From assembly GCA_036339465.1 (NCBI GenBank), contig JAYZAY010000056.1, forward strand, positions 24,635 to 88,634: DNA of 64,000 bases. The letters are read 5' to 3'. The DNA comes from Myxococcota bacterium. Its GTDB lineage: Bacteria > Myxococcota > XYA12-FULL-58-9 > JABJBS01. The notes below the pieces were generated by a model. The model had not been told where the DNA came from. It worked only from the letters and a program-made list of their open reading frames with translations, and did not search any database. Shown one piece after another: positions 51,273 through 59,929 of this stretch (positions are counted from its first letter, which is position 1; every line of letters begins with the position of its first letter). The translations under genes were made by a program, and so were the position numbers.

Positions 51273-51580
51273 TGAATCACCTCCGATGGCGTTGGTGCGC
51301 TGGGCCTCGCACTTTGTTTTTCAATAGCGGTAATCACGTATTCAACACCGCGCCGGTCTTCCATGAGCTTGGCGATTTCATCCCATTGTGCGAATGGAAC
51401 AAGCCCGCCGACCACCGGAGACAAGAGGTGCATGAATTGACTGCCTACAAACGATAAAGGTCGCATGGATTCCAGGGCGAGAATGGCGGGAACCGTGAGT
51501 CCCCATTTCACAACCAGGTGCGCCATTTTTTCTACGGCCGCAGCTTGGGCCTTGTTTACTTGGAGTGGGGTTTGGCTCAT
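51269..51580 (-). CDS. Small hypothetical protein (GlmL-like operon)
   Basis: PAILALESMRPLSFVGSQ; 4-bp overlaps on both sides. Confidence 0.8.
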   Translation of the reverse strand: MSQTPLQVNKAQAAAVEKMAHLVVKWGLTVPAILALESMRPLSFVGSQFMHLLSPVVGGLVPFAQWDEIAKLMEDRRGVEYVITAIEKQSARPSAPTPSEVIQ

Positions 51581-51987
51581 TTTACTTCCTGCAGATGGCT
51601 GGCTAGAAAGGCGCCCACTTCAGCTTTGCGTTCTGGGCATCTTATCCACACATTTCTACGGCGAGCGATGAAGGGGATAGCCCCGCGTCCACTCAGAAAA
51701 TAGCCGTCATGGGTGCTTTGCCAATGTTCAAAGCGTTCCCAGGGGCGTCGGGCATGGCGGAAGATATTAAACGCTTCTACACCCTCTGGGGTGAGACGGA
51801 AGCGGGTGGGGAAGAGAGCTTCGGTGGTGGCTGTAAGGAGAATGAAGGCGGAGATGATTGCGTATATCCATCCCATGGACGAAAATGCGGCCACGGCACT
51901 TGCAATAATGAGTGCTCCTAGCGCCGCTCGGGCGGGCTTACGCTTTGCGGGCCAATGCGTCCAGGTAATCAAGTGTTGTTCTCCCAA
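51577..51987 (-). CDS. Small 2-TM protein with PH-like C-terminal region
   Basis: Two TMs then FPTRFRLTPEGV...RPW; TTG start (alternative 51972). Confidence 0.75.
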   Translation of the reverse strand: MGEQHLITWTHWPAKRKPARAALGALIIASAVAAFSSMGWIYAIISAFILLTATTEALFPTRFRLTPEGVEAFNIFRHARRPWERFEHWQSTHDGYFLSGRGAIPFIARRRNVWIRCPERKAEVGAFLASHLQEVK

Positions 51988-52198
51988 AATTAGGCGCGCC
52001 CACCTATCTAATAATAGGGTCGAAAAGCAACTGTTTGACTCCCAACTTGCGGTTTTTTAATCATTCGTTGTGCTGCTGGCTGTGACCTATTCTGCGTTTA
52101 TCGTATTGTTAACTTTAAGAGTCTTTTGAAGTAATAGGGTATAACCACCTAATAATGAATGATGTTTTCATATTTCATAGCCGGCATTTTTCTGTCAT

Positions 52199-52599
52199 CC
52201 AAGGCATGGGCCGGTTGCTAGGTAAGAACATCATAGAACTTACTGAATCCAACTCTCTCCAGCAAACACAATAAGCATGTGGCCGCGGGCCATAGTTCTT
52301 TTGGGCCTGCCGCGGCCGATGAATTCAAGTGGAGGTGCAGGATTACTTGATCCTAAGCGAGGCCTTCATCAGGGAGAAGCCGTGGTTCTTAGAGCTCTCT
52401 TCAAGCGCAGAAGACGACGTGGGTCTAAGGACGCCTACCAAGCTCACAAGAAGGTCGTAGCCTCTCTTTTGGTGGCTTACTTCGGATGAAGTAATCAACT
52501 CCCTCCAAGAAAGCGGATCGGCACCGAGCAGGCAACCAAGGCATGGGCCGGTTGCCAGGTAAACACCCCGCAGGACTCACCAAACCCAACTCTCTCCAG
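52199..52599. repeat. Two gapless 64-bp imperfect direct repeats flanking a multi-hairpin region
   Basis: 52199-52262 and 52536-52599, 52/64 identical by hand alignment. Confidence 0.85.
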
Positions 52600-52683
52600 A
52601 GAAAAACAATTGAGAATAAGAAGTACTAAATTTTGAAGGTAAAATGATACAGTGCCACCCATGTACCCGGTTGATTGCGGGTT

Positions 52684-53361
52684 CTAGGTCTCTTTAGACT
52701 CTTTGTGAAAGTAATGCGCGAATTTGCGGATGTCGGCGGCGGTGCCCACCACAGCGAGCTTGGAGCATTGGTCCAAGGGTTGCGCCGCGTTGGGGGCTGG
52801 CTTCCAGGTGTGGATGGCCTCTTCGGTGATGCAGCCGGCCACGGTAATACTAAATCTTTTGGGCCAGGAAAATTCCACAAGGGTATGCTTGCGGAGTTTT
52901 TTAGGGAGTTCCAGCTCAGCTAAAACCAAGCCATCCTTAAGCACCACGATGTCGTCCAAATTGGGACTGATGAGTTGCCGGGCCACTTCCGTCCCCGCCC
53001 GTTTCTCGGGGAAGACAATGTGATGAACCCCGAGCTTTGTTAGGATTTTGGCTTGAAGGTCGTTGGCGGCACGGGAGACGATATGGGGTATCTTCATTTC
53101 GACCAAAGCCATGGCGGTGGTGACGGCGGCCTCGAGGTTTCTTTCCCCTAGGGCCATCAAGACGCCGCGGCAATCATCAAAGCCGGCCGCTCGTAGGGCT
53201 TGTTCGTCGGTGGAATCGAGACAGACGGCGCGGGAAACATCGTCCTTGATATTTTCAACGCGACCCATTTTGACATCTGCTGCGATCACTTCCTGTCCGC
53301 AAATTCGTAGATGAGCTGCGGCCGAAGTACCGAATTGCCCTAAACCAATCACTCCATACAC
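52684..53361 (-). CDS. ktrA: TrkA/KtrA-family K+ uptake regulatory subunit
   Basis: VIGLGQFG, DSTDE, VFPE; GTG start 53361 after AAGGAG. Confidence 0.9.
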   Translation of the reverse strand: MYGVIGLGQFGTSAAAHLRICGQEVIAADVKMGRVENIKDDVSRAVCLDSTDEQALRAAGFDDCRGVLMALGERNLEAAVTTAMALVEMKIPHIVSRAANDLQAKILTKLGVHHIVFPEKRAGTEVARQLISPNLDDIVVLKDGLVLAELELPKKLRKHTLVEFSWPKRFSITVAGCITEEAIHTWKPAPNAAQPLDQCSKLAVVGTAADIRKFAHYFHKESKET

Positions 53362-53375
53362 AATACTTCTCCTTC

Positions 53376-55097
53376 TTATCCGACGTTGATTCGCCCGGTG
53401 GGGAACCGAACCGACGTAGGCGTGTTCATATTTTTTAATGCGGCGGTGGCAATGGTGAGGGGACCGAGTCTGCCAAAGAACATCAACAGACAAAGCAGTA
53501 GCTTCGCCCCCGGCCCCAATTCATGGGTGATGCCCATGGAAAGTCCCACTGTTCCCAAGGCGCTGGCGGCTTCGAAGAGCACCTTTAGGGGAGGTAAATT
53601 GGGTTCCAACCAGAGCAATAAAACGCTGCCCCCAAAAAAAGCAGTTAGTACCGCACCCAAGATGGCGAGGGCTTTGAGGACGACGGTTAGGTCGATGGCT
53701 CGATGGCGGTAGGTGACGTCTCGGCGCCCCTGGGCGAAAGATCGGATGGCAAGGGCCACCACCAGGATGGTGGTGGTTTTGATGCCCCCTCCCGTTGATC
53801 CGGGTGATGCACCGATGAGCATGAGGACCATCATTAAAACCGCGGTGGCGGGTTGAAGGTTTCCCAGAACCACGGTGTTAAAGCCCGCGGTCCGTGTGGT
53901 GGCGGATTGGAAGACGCTTATGAGCATGCTCTCACCGATTCCCTTGTCGGCGAGGGCCCCGTTGAATTCGAAAAGAAACCAAAAAACGGCGCCACCCAGG
54001 GTGAGGGCTAGGGAGGTGAGGAAGACACCGTGGGCTTGAAGCGAGAGGGAAATACGGCGGCTACTCATAACCATGCGAGCCAGGCCTGCCAATACGCCGA
54101 AGCCGAAACCGCCGATGGAGAAAAGAGCGATGATGACGGTATTGACCCGGGGATCGGATTGAAAAGTCACTAGGCTGTCGGAGAATAGGGCGAAACCAGC
54201 GTTACAAAAAGCCGAGATGCTGTGGAATAGGGCAAAACCCAAGGCCTCTGGCCAGGCCATGGTTTCTAAGAAAGAGGGTAGCAGAGCCATGGCGCCGAGG
54301 GTTTCGATGATCAGGGTGAAGGCGAGGACGCCCTTGAGGAGCCCACGGAGTTCCGCTGTGTCATTTTGGTCGAAGACATCTTCGAGGATTTTCCGTTCGA
54401 AAATCTTAAGCTTTTGTCCCAAACTCAGGCTTAGGGCACTGCCAAACACCATAATACCCAAACCACCGATTTGAATGAGGATGGTGATGACCGTGAGGCC
54501 GAAGGGGGTCCATACTTGGGCCGTGTCTACGGTGACCAACCCCGTGACGCATGTGGCACTGACCGAGGTAAACAGGGCATCGAGGGGAGACACGGTGGAG
54601 CGAAGATGACTCGACGGTAAGGAGAGTAGAATGGCGCCGGTGAATGCCACTATGGCGAAGGTGCTCACGAGGGTGCGGGCCGGACTTCGGGTCAAGAGCT
54701 GATAATATCGGAGATCTTTGGTCGTTCGATTTCGGCTATTCAGAAAGAGGAAGCCGTCGTGGAGCAGCGCCAAGACAGCGGCCAGTCGCATATTGAATCC
54801 CGCGAGTAATAGGATGAAAATGGTGGCCGCTAAGGAGAGGGCGCGGAAACTGCTTTTGCTTCGGTTTCGCCAGAGTAGTCCAAAACGGGTGAGAAAGCTC
54901 AGGATAATGATGCCTTCGATGATGTGGGTGGCGGTGCTTAATACTGGGCTTGCCCAGTCGACGGCGGGGAAAATCCCCATACCAATCTCGATGAGAATGG
55001 TCACCAGAGCCGCCAGCCATTCCGTAATATCGGCCCATTTTAGAATGCGCTTCTTGATTTGAGGTTGGGTGGGTGATTTATCGGGCGGGCCGTCCAT
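53376..55097 (-). CDS. ktrB: TrkH/KtrB-family K+ uptake membrane protein
   Basis: SATCVTGL, SAFCNAGF, TRTAGF, STGGGIK, SALGTVGLS. Confidence 0.93.
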   Translation of the reverse strand: MDGPPDKSPTQPQIKKRILKWADITEWLAALVTILIEIGMGIFPAVDWASPVLSTATHIIEGIIILSFLTRFGLLWRNRSKSSFRALSLAATIFILLLAGFNMRLAAVLALLHDGFLFLNSRNRTTKDLRYYQLLTRSPARTLVSTFAIVAFTGAILLSLPSSHLRSTVSPLDALFTSVSATCVTGLVTVDTAQVWTPFGLTVITILIQIGGLGIMVFGSALSLSLGQKLKIFERKILEDVFDQNDTAELRGLLKGVLAFTLIIETLGAMALLPSFLETMAWPEALGFALFHSISAFCNAGFALFSDSLVTFQSDPRVNTVIIALFSIGGFGFGVLAGLARMVMSSRRISLSLQAHGVFLTSLALTLGGAVFWFLFEFNGALADKGIGESMLISVFQSATTRTAGFNTVVLGNLQPATAVLMMVLMLIGASPGSTGGGIKTTTILVVALAIRSFAQGRRDVTYRHRAIDLTVVLKALAILGAVLTAFFGGSVLLLWLEPNLPPLKVLFEAASALGTVGLSMGITHELGPGAKLLLCLLMFFGRLGPLTIATAALKNMNTPTSVRFPTGRINVG

Positions 55098-55277
55098 ACC
55101 AATTCATACTCTACACTTGGGTTGAACCGCAACTTCGGGGTCGCTGCCCCAGGAATCGTTTAAGGATTGTGGATGAACGCCAGGGACAAACTGGGGTTTT
55201 AAAGTACAACCGTCTCGACATTTCCAGCTGGTACGATTAAATTTCAGAGAGTCGATGGCAATCGATATGGGGGTTCA

Positions 55278-56684
55278 ATGTCTGAACAAAGAGAAGTAGA
55301 GTTATTGCGAAATCAAGTGGAAGCCATGCTCAAGTTTCCAGACCAAAATCCCAATCCGGTTCTGAAGGTGTCTGAGTCCGGTACGCTGCTTTATGCCAAC
55401 GCTGCGGCGGATATTATTAAGGGAGCGTGGGGTATTGAAATTGATTCGGCGATGCCTACCTGGTTGGTGGAACATGCGAAGACGGCGGCGGATATTCCTG
55501 TGGAGGGGGCTGTGGGGAATCGCACCTATGCCTTTCATGTGGTCTCGGTGCCGGAATTCGGTTTTATTAACGTTTATGGCACCGATATTACAGCCATGAA
55601 AGCCATTACCAAATTCCCCAATCAGAACCCTAATCCGGTTTTGAAAATCGATATCAACGGAAAGCTACTCTATAGCAATGAAGCGGGGGGTGTCATATGT
55701 GGAGGCTGGGGCGTGATTGTGGGAGAAATTTTGCCCAAGAGTATCGTTGATTTTGCCCGTGAGTGTTCTGGGGATACCCTGGAGATTGACGTGGCGCAGA
55801 AAACCTTTTTGCTCAATATCGTGCCCGTACCGGAATTTGAGTTTATCAATATCTATGGAACCGATGTAACCGCAGCTCGGGACAACGAACGTATCTTAGG
55901 GAAACTCTCAAAGTATTTTTCACCCCAGGTTTACTCATCTATTTTTTCCGGTGACCTCGAAGTGAGAATCCAAACTCGGCGCAAAAAGCTAACGGTCTTC
56001 TTTTCTGATATTAAGGGATTCACGGAGCTTACCGAACGGCTCGAACCTGAAGTATTAACCGAATTGGTGACCGACTATTTAACGACGATGACCGAAATTG
56101 CCGTTAGGCATGGTGGAACCGTGGATAAATATATCGGGGATGCCATCATGGTGTTTTTTGGAGATCCAGAGTCAAAAGGAATCAAAGAAGATGCGGTTGC
56201 CTGTGTGAATATGGCCATGGAGATGAAATCGGCTTTGCCCGGCATTCGGAAAGCCTGGCAGGAAAAGGGGGTGGCCCATCCCTTGGATATACGTATTGGG
56301 ATCCACACGGATATTTGTACCGTGGGGAATTTTGGTTCCAATGACCGATTGGATTACACCACCATCGGCAACGGGGTGAATCTGGCATCAAGGCTCGAGT
56401 CCAACGCGCGCCCCAATCAAATTATGATTTCCGAGGATACCTATCTCCTGGTTCGTGAGCATGTTGAATGTGAAAAACTGGATCGAATCAAGGTTAAGAA
56501 CATCCAGAACCCTATTCAGCCCTACGAAGTGCGCGGGACGCACGAGCACATCGCTTCTCCTCTTAAGGTCGATGAAAAAGGCGAAGGTTTTTCGCTTTTC
56601 ATCGACCCGATGACTATCGACGGCATTCAGGAGAAAAGGGATTTATTGGAGGAAGCGCTTCGGCTCCTCGACCGGCTGGAGTAG
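55278..56684 (+). CDS. Class III adenylate/guanylate cyclase with two PAS-like repeats
   Basis: Repeat KFPxQNPNPVLK...INxYGTD x2; FSDIKGFT, DKYIGDAIM, GNFG, VNLASRLE. Confidence 0.95.
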   Translation: MSEQREVELLRNQVEAMLKFPDQNPNPVLKVSESGTLLYANAAADIIKGAWGIEIDSAMPTWLVEHAKTAADIPVEGAVGNRTYAFHVVSVPEFGFINVYGTDITAMKAITKFPNQNPNPVLKIDINGKLLYSNEAGGVICGGWGVIVGEILPKSIVDFARECSGDTLEIDVAQKTFLLNIVPVPEFEFINIYGTDVTAARDNERILGKLSKYFSPQVYSSIFSGDLEVRIQTRRKKLTVFFSDIKGFTELTERLEPEVLTELVTDYLTTMTEIAVRHGGTVDKYIGDAIMVFFGDPESKGIKEDAVACVNMAMEMKSALPGIRKAWQEKGVAHPLDIRIGIHTDICTVGNFGSNDRLDYTTIGNGVNLASRLESNARPNQIMISEDTYLLVREHVECEKLDRIKVKNIQNPIQPYEVRGTHEHIASPLKVDEKGEGFSLFIDPMTIDGIQEKRDLLEEALRLLDRLE

Positions 56685-57156
56685 CTTAAGGAAAATCCGG
56701 TTCTATGGGATGAATCGCTGGGGTCTCAGGGGTGGAATGATGCAATGTGAGAATGTCTTTGTATCTCGGCCTAGGGGAATGAAGGATATTGTCTCTACTT
56801 AGGATGCCACCGACGAGTTTACCGGTGATCTCCATGCAAAATTATTGTCTTTGATACGACTCGCCCAAGAGTTGCAAACTCAGAATGTTGGTTGAATACC
56901 CACCGTTTGAGTTTTGAGTTAGTCAGTATCCCCAAGCCGCCTTTCATGGTTTGTTTGAAGGAGGAAGCAAAAGCTCACAAAGCACACTTCACCTAAAAAG
57001 AAGAGATTTGACCTCAGCGGTTTTAATACAAGAAAAAGAGTCTGTTGAAGTGTGATGATACCCACTTTGGCACCGTCATCACGCAAATTTTTGACATGCG
57101 GGCGCCCATTGTGGCATGGATGGGCTCTTAACTTCTGGAAGGGGAATGGTTCAGGC

Positions 57157-58584
57157 ATGAATCCTGTGGCATTGAGTTTTATCTTTTTTCTGACGGGTTT
57201 TTTGGGGGTGGGGATCTTTGCCGCGACGCGTAAAAAGGATACCACCGAAGACTACCTTCTGGCGAGCCGAAATGTTAACCCGTGGTTGATGGCTTTGTCG
57301 GCAGTTGCCACCAATAACAGTGGCTTTATGTTTGTGGGTCTTATTGGGACGACCTATACGGAAGGCCTTTCATCTGTGTGGCTGATGGTGGGTTGGATCC
57401 TTGGTGATTATTTGGCCTGGCTTTCTGGTGTGCCGGAGAAATTGCGACGACGATCGGCAGAGATTGGTGCCACGAGCATTCCCTCTTTTCTGGGTAAGGG
57501 TTTGGTGGGCGGGCGCATGGTTACGGTCACGGGTGGGTTGATCACCTTGGTCTTTCTGGGGATTTATTCTGCCGCCCAATTGACAGCTGGCAGTAAAGCA
57601 CTTCATGTTCTCTTTGGGTGGAACTACGCAGTGGGGGCGGTTTTAGGCGCCTTGATTGTGGTGGCCTACTGTTTTGCGGGTGGGATTCGCGCTTCGATTT
57701 GGACCGATGCGGTTCAATCTGTGGTTATGATTGTGGCCATGGTGGGCCTATTTGCCCTGGCCCTAGGAGAAGCTGGTGGTTTGAGTGGTATGGTTGCGAA
57801 GCTTGAGGCGATCGACCCCAATTTGGTAACGACTTTTCCCCAAAATCTTCCTTGGGGTTTCGGACTCTTCTTTTTGGGCTGGTTGGCTGCTGGTCTAGGC
57901 GTGGTGGGACAGCCCCATGTTATGATTCGCGCCATGACCTTGGATGATCCGGACAACGCGGACCGAGCGCGTAGAATCTACATCGTTTGGTATGTCTTAT
58001 TTGCGGTTGCGGCTATTGGGGTGGGACTGGCTTCCCGGGTTCTTCTGCCGCCAACCGGCGGATTTGATGCAGAATTGGCTATGCCTATGCTCGCCGAGCA
58101 GTTGCTCCCCGCTGTGTTGGTGGGATTTGTTTTGGCTGGCCTTTTTGCCGCGACCATGTCTACTGCCGATTCCCAGTTACTGTCCTGTTCTGCGGCCATC
58201 ACCCAGGACATTTTTCCCCAATTTGCCGACAACTATCGCGCTGTGAAACTCGCCACTGTGGGAATAACTCTTTCCATGTTGGGGGTGGCATTGATGGGAG
58301 GCTCGGTCTTTAATTTGGTGGTGTTGGCTTGGTCGGCATTGGCTTCCGGGCTCGGTCCTTTGCTGGTGGTTCGCGTTTTTGGGAAGGACGTTTCCGGGAA
58401 TGTGGGCATCGCCATGATGTTGATGGGGGTTATTGCGGTTTTGGTGTGGCGTTATGGTTTTGGTTTTTCCGGTGCGGTTTATGATGTGTTGCCGGGAATG
58501 ACGTCTGGGTTTCTAGTGTATTTTATTTCTACCAAACTACAGAAGCAACGACCGTCGCAATCCATGCTCAACTCTGTTCCCTAG
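57157..58584 (+). CDS. Sodium:solute symporter, PutP-like
   Basis: DYLLASR, ATNNSGFMF, WTDAVQ, GQPH, MSTADSQLL; start ATG 57157. Confidence 0.9.
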   Translation: MNPVALSFIFFLTGFLGVGIFAATRKKDTTEDYLLASRNVNPWLMALSAVATNNSGFMFVGLIGTTYTEGLSSVWLMVGWILGDYLAWLSGVPEKLRRRSAEIGATSIPSFLGKGLVGGRMVTVTGGLITLVFLGIYSAAQLTAGSKALHVLFGWNYAVGAVLGALIVVAYCFAGGIRASIWTDAVQSVVMIVAMVGLFALALGEAGGLSGMVAKLEAIDPNLVTTFPQNLPWGFGLFFLGWLAAGLGVVGQPHVMIRAMTLDDPDNADRARRIYIVWYVLFAVAAIGVGLASRVLLPPTGGFDAELAMPMLAEQLLPAVLVGFVLAGLFAATMSTADSQLLSCSAAITQDIFPQFADNYRAVKLATVGITLSMLGVALMGGSVFNLVVLAWSALASGLGPLLVVRVFGKDVSGNVGIAMMLMGVIAVLVWRYGFGFSGAVYDVLPGMTSGFLVYFISTKLQKQRPSQSMLNSVP

Positions 58585-58646
58585 GCATCCACCGTCGAAA
58601 TTTTTGCACCTACGCTTTTCTCCAAAAAGTTCAGAACCAGACCCAC

Positions 58647-58758
58647 TAACCACGCTGCTTGTTTAGAATCTTGTTTAGAATCTCTAGAATCTCGCTGCTT
58701 GTTTAGAATCTAACCACGCTGCTTGTTTAGAATCTTAGAATCTGCTTGTTTAGAAGCT
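58647..58758. repeat. Seven-unit nested tandem repeat with a common right end
   Basis: Variable 5'-truncated copies of TAACCACGCTGCTTGTTTAGAATC. Confidence 0.95.
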
Positions 58759-58771
58759 CGGTTGATTGTCC

Positions 58772-59494
58772 TTATGGGGTTATGGCACTCGAAAACCTGA
58801 AGGCTACTTTTTGTCCAGCCTTGAGTCGCGCAGTCGATTCCCCCGGGTATTCAACGCTACAAACGATGCCACGGTGATTGGCTGCGATGTTTCGAAATGC
58901 TTTAACCAGCGACTGGTCGTGGTATCGATGGGCGATTGCATTTCCGGTAACTCCGCAACCCTGCTGCTTAACATAATGAACAATGGTGGCCAAGGGAGGT
59001 TTGGGGATCCCCTGAGCATCCGGGGGAAGAACGAGCATATGGGTTCCAGGCGGTAATTCCGAAAGGGAATAATCTTGTTGGTCTTCTCGTTCGATGACGA
59101 GATTCGCGCCCAATAATTGAGGGGTTACTTCGACTCCAAGTTTTTCGCTTAAGGCTTTGCAGTCGTAATTTGAAACCAGCAATAGATGCCGATGTTGTCT
59201 GACGGCCATGCCCCGGGGATAGAGACTGTATTCCCTGCCAGTGGATGGGCGTATGTGGCAGCGGTGGCGATCCCCAACAATACCTTGAGCATCGACTTCG
59301 AGTTCAGCCACCGGATGGGTGACGGAGTAATCGGCAGGGTCTGTCTTTTTGTCGTGTGTCTTTTTGTCGTGATTTATGTTGGCGGCAAAAATTTGGGAGA
59401 TAACGCCAAATTCAGGAATGTTTGCTCGGTGGAGGGTGCCGAGCCTGATCCGCTCTTTGGCGATGTAGTTCTCTAGGTTTTCATAGAATATCAT
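58772..59494 (-). CDS. MOSC-like domain protein
   Basis: GIVGDRH, RHLLLVS, LLGANLV, GC, RGIVCSV; start ATG 59494. Confidence 0.7.
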   Translation of the reverse strand: MIFYENLENYIAKERIRLGTLHRANIPEFGVISQIFAANINHDKKTHDKKTDPADYSVTHPVAELEVDAQGIVGDRHRCHIRPSTGREYSLYPRGMAVRQHRHLLLVSNYDCKALSEKLGVEVTPQLLGANLVIEREDQQDYSLSELPPGTHMLVLPPDAQGIPKPPLATIVHYVKQQGCGVTGNAIAHRYHDQSLVKAFRNIAANHRGIVCSVEYPGESTARLKAGQKVAFRFSSAITP

Positions 59495-59892
59495 CCAACA
59501 TACCTTTGCGATGCTTAAAGAAGGTCCATTTGTAACTGGAATCTCTTTTAGGTCGGCGAGGATAGAAATAATACAGTTTTTCGATGAAACGTTTGCTTCT
59601 TTGGAATAGAACTTCAAGCCTTCCAAATGTCTCCAACCACCAAGCCCATTTCAAAAAGTTTAAGAATTTTTCAGCCCCAAATTCAGCTCCTTCCTAAGGC
59701 CACCCAAACTTGGGCCTCCATCATCTTGAATTGATTTTATAAAGTAATATCGACTTGGTGTGTCATCTATAAGACCGCGAACGATGGCCAAAATATGACA
59801 ATTATACCGCTGGAGCTACGGTCGGAGATTGTTTAACATCCCAGGGCAGGGTCGTTTTCATTGGAGGGAGAATGGATAAGCCAAACAAGGAG

Positions 59893-59929
59893 AAGCAAGG
59901 ACTTCGTTATAAAGCAAGGACTTCGTTAT
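59893..59929 (+). repeat. 18-bp tandem duplication of the translation initiation region
   Basis: AAGCAAGGACTTCGTTAT at 59893 and 59912; the second copy runs into the ATG. Confidence 0.9.

Noticed and set aside
52199..52610. Tandem glycine riboswitch (minus strand CUCUGGAGAGA), cobalamin riboswitch or DGR template/variable pair
   Set aside because: No CGCCGAAG/CUCUCAGG or B12-box motifs; mismatches are not confined to adenines of one copy; no reverse transcriptase in the window
58647..58758. CRISPR array
   Set aside because: No unique spacers, variable unit length and no cas genes
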